Source: Geothrix sp. (GTDB taxonomy: Bacteria; Acidobacteriota; Holophagae; Holophagales; Holophagaceae). From it: a DNA stretch of 64,000 bases. The notes beneath the pieces were generated by a model, which had not been told where the DNA came from, ran no database searches, and saw only the letters and a list, made by a program, of their open reading frames with translations. The translations under genes and the position numbers were made by a program. Below are positions 27,829 to 37,438 of this stretch, piece after piece (position 1 is the stretch's first letter; each line of letters begins with the position of its first letter). The stretch spans positions 8,685 to 72,684 of the forward strand of contig JAVBYJ010000024.1 in NCBI GenBank assembly GCA_030824075.1, written 5' to 3'.

Positions 27829-29868
27829 TCAGGCTTTCAGGGCCTTCGCGGCCAGTTCCAGCACATCCGTGGTGGCCACGCCTTCATGGCCCGTCTCGCC
27901 GGCCGCGTTGTTCAGCATGACGTTGCAGAAGGGGCAGCCCACAGCGATGGTGGTGGCTTTGGTCTCCAGGGCCTGCTCGAAGCGCTCGTGGTTGACGCGC
28001 TTGCCCAGGTGCTCCTCCAGCCAGAAGCGGCCGCCACCCGCACCGCAGCACATGGTGGCTTCGCCATGCTTTTCCATCTCGGTGAGCTTCACGCCGGGGA
28101 TGGCGTCCAGGATGGCTCGGGGGGCCTCCACCTGGCCGTTGATGCGGCTGAGGTAGCAGGGATCGTGGTAGGTGAGGTCCACATCCACGGTCTGTTCCAG
28201 CTTGATCTTCCCGTCGGCGATCAGCTTCGACACCAGCTCGGTGCCATGCACCACCTCGAAGTCGCCGCCGAAGGCCGGGTATTCGTTCTTCAGCGTGTTG
28301 AGGCAGTGGGGGCAGTTGGTGACGACCTTCTTCACGCCGTGGCCCTTGAGGGTCTCGATGTTGGCTTCGGTCGCAGACTGGAAGAGGTACTCATTCCCCA
28401 GGCGCCGGGCGGATTCACAGGTGCAGCTTTCCTCGGTGCCCAGGATGGCGAAGGAGACCTGGCCCGCTTCCATCAGCTTCACCAGGGCCTGGGAGACCTT
28501 CTGGCCTGCGGCGTCGTAGGAACCCGCGCAACCCACCCAGAACAGGTACTCGGCATCGGGATTCTCGATCACCGTGGGCACCTTGAGGCCCTCGGCCCAC
28601 TTGGCGCGATCGGCCTGGGCCAGGTTCCAGGGGTTGCCCTGGCGCTCCATGCCCTTGAAGGCCACTTGAGCCTCCGCCGGGAAGTTGCTCTCCTCCAGGG
28701 TGAGATAGCGCCGCATGCCGATGATCTTGTCCACGAAGCTGATCTGCAGGGGGCAGGCCCACTCGCAGTAGCCGCAGCTGGTGCAGGCCCAGATGGTGTC
28801 CTGGCTGATCCAGCCTTCCAGCTGCTCCTTGCTCCAGGGGGCCACTTCGTCGTCCCGTTTCCAGTGGGAGCCCTCGGGCACGGGGCCGCCGATGAGCAGG
28901 CGGTCTTCGGGTACGGCCTTGTCCTGGCCCATCTGATCGAGGGGCGTGGCCTTCAGGTAGTCGCGCAGGTCCGTGCCGAAATCCTTGGGCCGCAGCGGCT
29001 TCCCGGTCAGCGTGGTGGGGCAGTTCTCCAGGCAGCGGCCGCATTCCACGCAGGTGTAGAAGTCCAGCATTTGCTTCCAGGTGAAGTCCTGGATCTTGTT
29101 GATGCCGAAGTGCTCGGCCTCCATGTCCATGGGCTTCAGGTTCTTCTGGGGCTCCAGGTCGCGGAAGTAGATGTTGAAGAGCGACGTGAACACGTGGAAA
29201 TGCTTGGAGTAGGGCAGAAAGTTGGCGAAGAAATACAGGGTCGCCAGATGCAGCCACCACATGCTCTTGTAGAGCACCAGCAGGCCTGTACCCTCCAGGG
29301 GCCGCAGCAGGTTGGCGATGAAGAGACTGACCGGCGCCCAGGTCTTCCAGGCCGGGTTGTGCAGCCAGATGTAGGCGCCATCCGCCAGCAGATCCGTGAC
29401 CATGAGGGCGCCGATGAGGCTCAGGGTGGCCCAGGCATCCCAGGAGTTCTCCAGGCGCCAGGGCTTGACCACCAGGCGGCGGTAGGCCGCGAGGCCAAGG
29501 CCCAGGAGCACCAGCACCTCGAAGACGTCCTTGGTGGCCTGGTAGCCGTAGCCGAACCCGCCCAGGACCTCGGTCATGTGGAAGGCCGGGAACAGGCCCT
29601 CCACCACCAGCCCGACCGAGCGCAGGGCCAGCACACAGAAGCCCCAGAAGATGAGGATGTGGTAGAAGCCTGCGTACTTGTCGCGCACCATGCGCTTCTG
29701 CATGATGGCCAGGGTGAACACGCCCTTCAGACGCACCCAGGGCTGGTCGAAGCGGTTGTCCGGCAGGCCCGCCTTCAGCGTGGCCAACCGTTGACGGATG
29801 GTCCAGACGAAGAACCCGCCCGCGGCCAGGGTCATGATCCAGAACAGCGCGATTTCCAGGGCCTTCAT
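27829..29868 (-). CDS. membrane-anchored (Fe-S)-binding oxidoreductase, HdrD/DsrK/GlpC-like with two CCG domains
   Basis: N-terminal ~6 TM segments, two 4Fe-4S motifs (CVECGRCLENCP, CTSCGYCEWACP) and two Cys-rich CCG domains (CCGAGGG). Confidence 0.7.
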   Translation of the reverse strand: MKALEIALFWIMTLAAGGFFVWTIRQRLATLKAGLPDNRFDQPWVRLKGVFTLAIMQKRMVRDKYAGFYHILIFWGFCVLALRSVGLVVEGLFPAFHMTEVLGGFGYGYQATKDVFEVLVLLGLGLAAYRRLVVKPWRLENSWDAWATLSLIGALMVTDLLADGAYIWLHNPAWKTWAPVSLFIANLLRPLEGTGLLVLYKSMWWLHLATLYFFANFLPYSKHFHVFTSLFNIYFRDLEPQKNLKPMDMEAEHFGINKIQDFTWKQMLDFYTCVECGRCLENCPTTLTGKPLRPKDFGTDLRDYLKATPLDQMGQDKAVPEDRLLIGGPVPEGSHWKRDDEVAPWSKEQLEGWISQDTIWACTSCGYCEWACPLQISFVDKIIGMRRYLTLEESNFPAEAQVAFKGMERQGNPWNLAQADRAKWAEGLKVPTVIENPDAEYLFWVGCAGSYDAAGQKVSQALVKLMEAGQVSFAILGTEESCTCESARRLGNEYLFQSATEANIETLKGHGVKKVVTNCPHCLNTLKNEYPAFGGDFEVVHGTELVSKLIADGKIKLEQTVDVDLTYHDPCYLSRINGQVEAPRAILDAIPGVKLTEMEKHGEATMCCGAGGGRFWLEEHLGKRVNHERFEQALETKATTIAVGCPFCNVMLNNAAGETGHEGVATTDVLELAAKALKA

Positions 29869-30019
29869 GGCGGTCCCTCCTTGCGATCAACGTTCAGAAC
29901 AGGCCAGGGTGCGGATCCGAAGGCCTTTGATTGTCCAACCTGATTGTCAGGTATGCGGTGGTCGAAGGCCCAGTGTAGCCGTGGCCATGACAAACTGAAG
30001 GCCCGACCTGGAGTCAGCC

Positions 30020-30385
30020 TTGGGTTCCCCTTCCACCCTGATGTTCGAAGCCGCCGTGACCCGCCCCCTGTCCGTGGTGTTCAGGACCGGCGGGATCTGG
30101 GAGGGCCACGACTACACCGTCGAGGTGGTGGCCACGCGGCAGGGGCTGGATGCCTTTGACGTGGTGGTGGACTTCCGCGATCTGGAAGCCGCCCTCGACC
30201 GGAGCCTGGCTCCCCTGCAGGGGCGATTGCTCTCCGATCTGGATCTGGACGGTCCCCTGGCCCTGGCCCAGCGCCTGCTGGCCGAACTCACCCCCTTCGT
30301 TCCCGCTCCCGCCTGCCTGAAGGAAGTGGCGCTGACGGATGGGACAGGACGAAGGTTGGCCGTGGGGCTGGCCGTGGGGCAGTAG
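30020..30385 (+). CDS. PTPS/QueD-like family protein (degenerate zinc motif)
   Basis: 121 aa with EGHDYTVEV resembling the HGHNYxxEV core of 6-pyruvoyl-tetrahydropterin synthase/QueD, but only one His. Start codon uncertain. Confidence 0.4.
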   Translation: MGSPSTLMFEAAVTRPLSVVFRTGGIWEGHDYTVEVVATRQGLDAFDVVVDFRDLEAALDRSLAPLQGRLLSDLDLDGPLALAQRLLAELTPFVPAPACLKEVALTDGTGRRLAVGLAVGQ

Positions 30386-30392
30386 GCGTCCC

Positions 30393-30824
30393 ATGCGCCC
30401 CTGGATCCCTCTCGCGGCCCTGGCGCTCGTCCTCTCACCCCTGGCGGTGGTGCATCCGGTGCGGGTGTCGGGGCGCAGCATGGAACCGGCCCTAAGAGAG
30501 GGCAACCTGCGCTGGGCGCTGCGGGCCTGGGTCAGCCACGCGCCCCGGCGGGGCGAGGTGTGGGTGGTGGAGGGACCGCACGGATCCTCCGTGAAGCGGG
30601 TGCTCGGGCTGCCCGGCGATGCCGTGACCTGGCAGGGACCCGACCTCTGGATCAACGGCCAGCGCCTCGATGAGCCATGGGTCGTCCACCCCGACCGCGG
30701 CGGCGAGGGGGACCGGACCTGCGGGGATGGCTACCTGGTCCTGGGTGATAACCGGCCCGAAAGCCAGGACGGGCGGAGCTGGGGGCCGGTCCCAGCCAAA
30801 TCCATGCTGGGGCGCATTCTCTGA
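30393..30824 (+). CDS. lepB: signal peptidase I
   Basis: SGRSMEP (Ser box), VKRVLGLPGD (Lys box) and GDNRPESQDGRSWG. Confidence 0.82.
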   Translation: MRPWIPLAALALVLSPLAVVHPVRVSGRSMEPALREGNLRWALRAWVSHAPRRGEVWVVEGPHGSSVKRVLGLPGDAVTWQGPDLWINGQRLDEPWVVHPDRGGEGDRTCGDGYLVLGDNRPESQDGRSWGPVPAKSMLGRIL

Positions 30825-30835
30825 ATGGGTGAGGG

Positions 30836-33166
30836 CTACTCCAGGCTCTTGGTGGGCTCCAAGGGCACGTCGCGGACGACAAAGCTCCGGCCGGTGAGCT
30901 TCTCCAGCAGCGCGATGCCGAACAGACCGTTGACCATGCCGTTGCCTTCGCCACCTCCGCCGCCCATGACCAGGTTTTCGGGAATCAGCTTGAGGTTGCT
31001 GGAGGAGATCTTGTCGATGACCCTGATCTGGCCGAAGACGTCCCGGCCCATGGCCGCCACTTCCAGCTTGTAGGCTTCGGCGGTGGAGGTGCCCTTGGCG
31101 AGGATGATCGCCGCTTCGGCGCCACCCACTTTCGTGATGGCTTCGGAGTCCGCAGAGGCATTGACTTTGGTGGCTTCGGCCTTGCCGCCCGCCTCCAGCT
31201 TGACGGCCGTGGCCTGCCCCTCAGCCATCAGGATGGCCGCCTGCTTGGAACCCTCGGCCTCCTTGATGCGGCCTTCCGCAAGATTCTTCTGGATCTCCAC
31301 GTTGCGTTCGGATTCCACCACCTTCGGCTGCATGTTGGCCTGGGCCTTGGCGTTTTCCAGGTTCCGGCGCTCGTCCTGAGCCTCCTTCTGGGTCGCGAAG
31401 GTCTTCCGTTCCTGTTCGGCGATCTGACGATCCGTGACGGTCTTGGTGAGCTCTGGCGGCAGAACCACATCGGCGATCAGCGTGTCTTTGGAATCGATGT
31501 GATGCACCCGCAGCACCGCATCGATGTGCTCCTTGGCCTTCTCCTGCAATTCCTTGCGCTTGGTGTAGAGGTCCAGGGCCTGGATGTACTGGGCCGCATT
31601 GCGGAAGTGGGAGCTGATGGCCGGTTCCAGCACCTGCGAGATCATGTTCTTGATCGACCCCAGATTGGCGATGACCTTGGGCGCATTCTTGACGGGGATG
31701 TGGATGATCACGCTCACATCCATGTTCACGTTGAAGGCGTCCGCCGTCCGCAGGGTGATGGTCTTGAGGCTGGAGTCCAGTTCATGCGCACTGGAACGGT
31801 TATCGGCCCAATTCAGCAGGATCTGGGTGGTGGGAACAATGTCCACCTTGCAGATCCGGGTATTCAGGGGGTGCTTGCCGGGCTGCAGCGGATCGGCCCA
31901 GATGCCCTTGCTGCCATTGGCCACGATCTTCGCGTTGACCGCATCATCGGTGAGATCGGCCCCTTCGCTGCCCACGTAGCTGGTCACCACACCGCAATTG
32001 CCGATGTGCACCTGGATCATCTCGACTTTCTCGATGGTGGCGAACCACGGGTTGATCGCGTAGTTGCCAGCCCGCAGCACGGGAATCTGCAGGCCCTTTT
32101 GGCCGCCCGCCTTGAGGAAGGCATCGGCATCCTGGAAGTTGTCGTGGGTTCCGAGAGGCAGCTCTTCCGCCGCGACTTTCGAGGAATCGACAATCGGTTT
32201 GCCTTCGTTGATGGTGACGATGCCCACCTGATCGGCGTCGATGTGCGTCCAGTCCACAATATCGATGACCTTGAAGAGCATGGGGTTCAGGCGGTAGACA
32301 CCGGGCATCAGCACGTCCAGCTGACGGCCCTTCTCGCCACCGTTCTTGATGAAGGCCTCGCCGTCAAAGAAATTGCCGTGACCCTGGACCCGGGCCGCCA
32401 GCAACCGGCCCTCGGGAATCCTCGCGCCATCGGTAGCTTCCACGAGCCCCACCTTGCCGCCCGGCACCTTGGTGATGGGCAGTTTCTGGATGCGGAACAT
32501 GATCGTGTTGATGCGGTAGTAGCCCGGGGGCAGGAAGGAGATCTGGGGGCCCTTCTGGCCGCCGTTCTGGATGAAGGCCTGGGCGTCCTGGAAACTATCG
32601 CAGGCCACGGGCGAACCAAAGTTCCCGCCTTCCCGCGACACCGGCTGCCCGGCGATGGATTCGACGTATCCCACCTCGTCGTCGCTGATCATGGTGGCGG
32701 GGACCTCCACCACCTCAAACAGATGCGGATTGATCTTGTATTCGCCCTCGGGGAGGATCGCCAACTGGGGGCCCTTCTGACCGCCGTTGCGTAGGAAGGC
32801 CTCGCCATCCTGGAAGAGATCGCATTCGACCGACTTGGCCATGAACTGACCGGATGGAATCGGAGCGCCTGCCACCGCCCGCACCACCCCCACCATGTTG
32901 GTATGGATGATGCGGAAGTCCCGCTTGGACACCCTGTAGATGAACGGGATCAGCAGATGGAACCCGGGCCCCAGAACCCGCGCCTGGACACCGACTTCCG
33001 TGCGAAGCGCCACCGTGCGCCCATCGGGCATCTGCCGGCCGAACCATCTCCGTTCAAGAACGATGATCTGGTTGCCTTTGGCGATGGTGAATGATTTCAA
33101 GAGCACAAGAAGGGCGACGAGGGTGCCGATCGACGGCCAAAACCAGGCCCATGGTTGGAGATCCAT
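30836..33166 (-). CDS. flotillin/SPFH (band 7) family protein with internal tandem repeats
   Basis: N-terminal TM, SPFH start, then ~4-5 repeats of a ~75-aa unit each containing FQD.EAF..NGGQKG.Q, then flotillin coiled-coil/EA-rich C-terminus. Confidence 0.7.
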   Translation of the reverse strand: MDLQPWAWFWPSIGTLVALLVLLKSFTIAKGNQIIVLERRWFGRQMPDGRTVALRTEVGVQARVLGPGFHLLIPFIYRVSKRDFRIIHTNMVGVVRAVAGAPIPSGQFMAKSVECDLFQDGEAFLRNGGQKGPQLAILPEGEYKINPHLFEVVEVPATMISDDEVGYVESIAGQPVSREGGNFGSPVACDSFQDAQAFIQNGGQKGPQISFLPPGYYRINTIMFRIQKLPITKVPGGKVGLVEATDGARIPEGRLLAARVQGHGNFFDGEAFIKNGGEKGRQLDVLMPGVYRLNPMLFKVIDIVDWTHIDADQVGIVTINEGKPIVDSSKVAAEELPLGTHDNFQDADAFLKAGGQKGLQIPVLRAGNYAINPWFATIEKVEMIQVHIGNCGVVTSYVGSEGADLTDDAVNAKIVANGSKGIWADPLQPGKHPLNTRICKVDIVPTTQILLNWADNRSSAHELDSSLKTITLRTADAFNVNMDVSVIIHIPVKNAPKVIANLGSIKNMISQVLEPAISSHFRNAAQYIQALDLYTKRKELQEKAKEHIDAVLRVHHIDSKDTLIADVVLPPELTKTVTDRQIAEQERKTFATQKEAQDERRNLENAKAQANMQPKVVESERNVEIQKNLAEGRIKEAEGSKQAAILMAEGQATAVKLEAGGKAEATKVNASADSEAITKVGGAEAAIILAKGTSTAEAYKLEVAAMGRDVFGQIRVIDKISSSNLKLIPENLVMGGGGGEGNGMVNGLFGIALLEKLTGRSFVVRDVPLEPTKSLE

Positions 33167-33346
33167 AGCGTGTCCTTATCAAGGGGAGAAGCGGTCCAGT
33201 TTAAACACCATGATGATCCCCCCACTTCAGCAGAGGATGCGGATCCTTGTCGATATGTGAAGGCTCCAGGGAAGCGGGAGCCCGGTTGATCCCGCCAGAC
33301 GCCCCGGCATTGCCCGGTTGGGCTACGCTGGAAGGCTGGAGTTTCG

Positions 33347-34648
33347 ATGGACCGACTGGTGATCCAAGGTGGCCATCCCCTGCGGGGGCGCATCCGGGTG
33401 TCCGGAGCGAAGAACGCAGCCCTGCCCTGCCTGGCGGCGGCCCTGCTCACCGCCGATCCAGTGGTCCTGTCCAACCTGCCCGCGGTGGCGGATATCCGCA
33501 CCATGGTGAAGGTACTGCAGGCCCTGGGCACCGAGGCCTCCCTGGAGGCCCATCCCGACGGTTTCGAGTTGACCGCAAGGCTGGCCTGCGCCGGCAGCGA
33601 CGATCCGAAGGCACCCTACGACCTGGTGAAAACCATGCGGGCCTCCATCCTGGTGCTGGGGCCCCTCCTCGCCCGATTCGGCCGGGCCACGGTGAGCCTG
33701 CCGGGCGGCTGCGCCATCGGGGCGCGTCCCGTGAATCTGCATTTGGAAGCCCTGGAGCGCATGGGCGCGGTGATCGAGATCAGCCATGGCTACATCCATG
33801 CCACGGTGCGGGGCCGCCTGAAGGCCATCGACCACGCCTTTGAAAAGGTCAGCGTGGGCGCCACGGAGAATATCCTCATGGCCGCAGCCCTGGCGGAAGG
33901 CACCACGATCCTGCGGAACGCCGCCCTGGAGCCCGAGATCGGCGATCTGGCACAGTTGCTCGTCCAGATGGGGGCCCAGATCGAGGGCATCGGCACGGGC
34001 ACCCTCACCATCACGGGCATCGAGCGCCTGCATGGCTGTGAACATGCCGTCATCCCCGACCGCATCGAGGCCGGCACCTACCTGTGTGCGGTGGCCGCAG
34101 CCTGCGGCGACGTGGTGCTGGATCGCTGCGAGCCCGAGCACCTGCGGTCTCTGCTGGACCTGCTCGAGCGGTCGGGTTGCGTCATCACCGAGCGCGAGGG
34201 CCAGGACGGGCGGCAGCTGCGCATCCAGCGGGAATGCGGCCAGAAGTTGCGGTCGAAGGATGTCACCACCCTGCCCTTCCCTGGTTTCCCCACGGATCTG
34301 CAGGCCCAGATGATGGCCGTCATGACGCAGGCCTGTGGCATCAGCGTCATCAACGAAGGCATCTTCGAGAACCGCTTCCAGCACGCCATGGAGTTGGAGC
34401 GCCTGGGCGCCAATCTGCGCACGGACGGTCACACGGCCATCGTGGCCGGCCCCGCAGAGATGACGGGCTGCACCGTCATGGCCACCGACCTCCGGGCCAG
34501 CGCCGCCCTGGTGATCGCCGGCCTGGTGGCCAAGGGCGAAACCATCGTGGACCGCATCTACCACCTCGACCGCGGCTATGCCGGCCTCGAGAAAAAGCTC
34601 CAGGGCGTCGGGGCCCGCATCGAGCGGGTCGGCGGCGGCAAGGTCTGA
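33347..34648 (+). CDS. murA: UDP-N-acetylglucosamine 1-carboxyvinyltransferase
   Basis: 433 aa, collinear with MurA (GAKNAALP, catalytic Cys in CAIGARPV, EPSP-synthase fold). Confidence 0.95.
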   Translation: MDRLVIQGGHPLRGRIRVSGAKNAALPCLAAALLTADPVVLSNLPAVADIRTMVKVLQALGTEASLEAHPDGFELTARLACAGSDDPKAPYDLVKTMRASILVLGPLLARFGRATVSLPGGCAIGARPVNLHLEALERMGAVIEISHGYIHATVRGRLKAIDHAFEKVSVGATENILMAAALAEGTTILRNAALEPEIGDLAQLLVQMGAQIEGIGTGTLTITGIERLHGCEHAVIPDRIEAGTYLCAVAAACGDVVLDRCEPEHLRSLLDLLERSGCVITEREGQDGRQLRIQRECGQKLRSKDVTTLPFPGFPTDLQAQMMAVMTQACGISVINEGIFENRFQHAMELERLGANLRTDGHTAIVAGPAEMTGCTVMATDLRASAALVIAGLVAKGETIVDRIYHLDRGYAGLEKKLQGVGARIERVGGGKV

Positions 34649-34712
34649 AATGCGGGGACAGGATTAACAGGATTCAAACAAGAAGATTGGAATACCAACT
34701 CTGGCAGCGGCC

Positions 34713-35207
34713 ATGATGCTCGATACCCACCAATCCACGTACAGAGAGCACCTGCTGGAGCATCTGGTGCTGGGGGAGCTGTTGAGGCATTCCTGGTTCC
34801 ACGACCACGCCTCCCTCGAAATCTCGCATCCATCGGTGGATCGAGCCGGGTACGACGTGGTCCTGGAATCCAACGGGATCACACGCCATGTCCAGCTCAA
34901 ATCCTCGGCCCGCTCCGCAAAGACTTCGCGGCAAACCATTCACACAGGCCTCTCGCTGAAGCCTTCAGCCTGTGTCGTCTGGACACAATTTGATCCATCC
35001 ACACTGGAATTAGGACCCTTCCTTTTCTTCGGCGGCGGCCCAGGCGAACCCATCCCTTCCCTCACCGGCTTGGCGGTGGCCAAGCACACGAAGGGGAATG
35101 CCGAAGGGGTGAAGCTTGAACGCCCCAACCTCCGGGTTCTGCCCCGGTCGCATTTCCTGGTCCTCGATTCCATCCCGTCCCTTTATGTCGCCCTGTTTGG
35201 AGACTAG
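34713..35207 (+). CDS. hypothetical protein in a lower-GC islet; possible PD-(D/E)xK nuclease-fold core
   Basis: 164 aa. Segment AGYDVVLESNGITRHVQLKSS resembles the hD...(E/Q)xK core of restriction-endonuclease-like folds. Local base composition is visibly less GC-rich than murA and prs. Confidence 0.4.
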   Translation: MMLDTHQSTYREHLLEHLVLGELLRHSWFHDHASLEISHPSVDRAGYDVVLESNGITRHVQLKSSARSAKTSRQTIHTGLSLKPSACVVWTQFDPSTLELGPFLFFGGGPGEPIPSLTGLAVAKHTKGNAEGVKLERPNLRVLPRSHFLVLDSIPSLYVALFGD

Positions 35208-35316
35208 GACTTGACCCTGGCTGTTCGCCTACTTCGGTAATTCTGTCCCCCGCTTTTTCCATGTGACGACTGCCACCGGAGCGGTCGGTTACACTGACGT
35301 CACGATCGGGGGATCC

Positions 35317-36264
35317 ATGTTTGGCGAGATGAAGGTCTTTTCCGGGAGCAGCCACCCGGAGCTGGCGAGCGGCATCGCTACCCACATGGGTATGCCGCTG
35401 GGTCGACTGAAGGTGACCCGGTTCTCCAACGAGAACATCAAGGTGAAGATCGAGGAAAACGTCCGTGAAGCGGACGTCTTCGTGATCCAGTCATCCTGTC
35501 CTCCTGTCAGCGACAACCTGATGGAGCTGCTGATCCTCATTGATGCACTGAAATTCGCGTCGGCGGCCCGCATCACGGCCGTGCTGCCCTATTTCCCCTA
35601 TGCCCGCAGCGACAAGAAGGACGAGGCGCGCATCTCCATCACGGCCCGCCTGGTGGCGGATCTGCTGGAAACGGCCGGGGCCGACCGCGTGCTGACCATG
35701 ACCCTGCACGCCCCCCAGATCCTGGGCTTCTTCCGCAAACCCGCGGACCAGCTGCTGGCCACGCCCATTCTCACGAACTACTTCAAGTCCAAGGACCTCT
35801 CCAACGCCGTGGTGGTGGCCACGGACGCCGGGGCCGCCAAGTTTGCGGGGCATTTCGCCAAGCGCCTTTCCGTGCCCATGGCCATCATCGACAAGCGCCG
35901 CTTCGACGATTCCGAAAAGGCCCAGAGTGTGGCACTCATCGGCGACGTAAAGGGGAAGGACGCGATCATCTACGACGATGAGATCGCCACCGGCGGCTCC
36001 ATCAAGGAGGCGGCCCGCATCCTCCGGGAATTCGGCGCCCGCACGGTCCGGGTGGGGGTCACCCACCCGGTGCTCTCGGGCAACGCGGTCGAGATTCTCA
36101 ATTCCGCGAACCTTGACGAGCTGGTGGTCACCGACAGCATCCCGGTCTCCCCGGAGCGGGCCAAGTCCCTGCCCTACCTCAAGGTGCTCTCCACCGCCGC
36201 CCTCTTCGGTGATGCGATCCTGCGCATCCATGGCGGCCGCAGCATCAGCGAGATGATGGACTGA
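35317..36264 (+). CDS. prs: ribose-phosphate pyrophosphokinase
   Basis: PRPP synthetase motifs (HPELA, DAGAAKFAGHFA, DDEIATGGS). Start is ATG at 35317 or 35329. Confidence 0.9.
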   Translation: MFGEMKVFSGSSHPELASGIATHMGMPLGRLKVTRFSNENIKVKIEENVREADVFVIQSSCPPVSDNLMELLILIDALKFASAARITAVLPYFPYARSDKKDEARISITARLVADLLETAGADRVLTMTLHAPQILGFFRKPADQLLATPILTNYFKSKDLSNAVVVATDAGAAKFAGHFAKRLSVPMAIIDKRRFDDSEKAQSVALIGDVKGKDAIIYDDEIATGGSIKEAARILREFGARTVRVGVTHPVLSGNAVEILNSANLDELVVTDSIPVSPERAKSLPYLKVLSTAALFGDAILRIHGGRSISEMMD

Positions 36265-37424
36265 TGCCCCTGCGCCTCGGCCCCCTCGAGGCGCCCAACC
36301 TCGACCTGCTTGGGCCCCAGGGTCCGGAGATCGCGCGGCTGTTCACCCGGCCCTTCCTGGTGCTGCACCGGGCCTCGGGCCTGTATACCGCCCGCATCTG
36401 CTTGCTGATGCTGTTCGACCTGGGCTGGGAGGCCAAGCTGCGGGCCGGGACCACCCTCAATGGTCTCTGCGAAGGTCTGCCGGACCAGGCCCGCAAACCC
36501 CTCGCCTGGATGCTGCCCTTCCTGGCGATCGAGGGCCTGCTTACACAGAGGGGCGACAGCTACACCCTGAACGGCGAACCGGATTTGGATCTCACCAGCC
36601 TCCGCGAGGCGGCCGAGGCCGAAGCCCCCGGCCATGGCGCCAATTTCGATCTCCTGGACGGGGTGCGCTCCCACATCCAGCCCTTCTTCACCGAGGGAAA
36701 GGCCGGCGAAGGCCTGCTCTTCGACCTGGCCCTCTTCCCGCTCTGGCTGGCCTACTTCCGCAACGAGAACCTGGGGTATTTCCCCAACAACCTGCTCACC
36801 CTGCTGGCCCTGCGCGAGGGTCTCCCCGAGGGCGCCCGCGTCCTGGAGCTGGGTGCCGGCGCGGGCTCCTTCGTCCAGCTGCTGGCCCAGCAGGGCGCAG
36901 AGGGTGGATGGCTCTCCCGCATCGCGGAGTACCGGTTCACCGACGTGGCACCGACCTTCCTCCGCCGCGCCCAGCGCGACCTCAAAGCCGCCGCACCGGG
37001 CCTCCCCCTCACGTTCCAGTTGCTGGACCTGAATCGCCCCCTGGGAGATCAGGGCATCGAACCCGCCAGCCTGGACACCATCGTGGGCATCAACGTGCTG
37101 CACGTAGCCCAGGACCTCGAAGCCACCCTGCGGGATCTCCGCAGCCGCCTGAAACCCGGCGGCCGCCTGGTGATCGGCGAATGCCTGAAACCCAGCCTTG
37201 ATGCGCCCCTCTACCTGGAATTCTTCTTCAGCTTCATCAGGAGCTTCACCGAAGTGACCCTCGATCCGCGCTGGCGTCCCCGCCACGGCTTTCTCACGCC
37301 CGAGGCCTGGGACGAAGCCCTGCGCCACGCCGGGTACACCCGGGTGGAACACATCCCCCCGCCAAGGCCTCTGATGGATCAGCACCCGAGCTTCACCGTG
37401 GGGGCCATGGCCGCTTTTGGGTGA
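36264..37424 (+). CDS. class I SAM-dependent methyltransferase
   Basis: Motif I VLELGAGAGSF and a Rossmann-fold C-terminal half. The N-terminal ~170 aa is a likely substrate or dimerisation domain. Confidence 0.62.
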   Translation: MPLRLGPLEAPNLDLLGPQGPEIARLFTRPFLVLHRASGLYTARICLLMLFDLGWEAKLRAGTTLNGLCEGLPDQARKPLAWMLPFLAIEGLLTQRGDSYTLNGEPDLDLTSLREAAEAEAPGHGANFDLLDGVRSHIQPFFTEGKAGEGLLFDLALFPLWLAYFRNENLGYFPNNLLTLLALREGLPEGARVLELGAGAGSFVQLLAQQGAEGGWLSRIAEYRFTDVAPTFLRRAQRDLKAAAPGLPLTFQLLDLNRPLGDQGIEPASLDTIVGINVLHVAQDLEATLRDLRSRLKPGGRLVIGECLKPSLDAPLYLEFFFSFIRSFTEVTLDPRWRPRHGFLTPEAWDEALRHAGYTRVEHIPPPRPLMDQHPSFTVGAMAAFG

Positions 37425-37438
37425 TCTCAGGAAACAGA

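Noticed and set aside
27730-29943. 737-aa plus-strand ORF opposite the HdrD-like gene, and similar long antisense ORFs (1436..2623, 5775..7580, 16479..17639, 19144..20325, 20816..22084, 33323..34564, 36174..37442, 38720..40903, 42697..44925, 46101..47831, 51983..53932, 55042..56793, 60819..62441)
   Set aside because: All lie antisense to genes with strong family signatures. Their translations are low-complexity (G/R/P/A/H/Q-rich) and lack any recognisable domain, so they are judged GC-skew artefacts.
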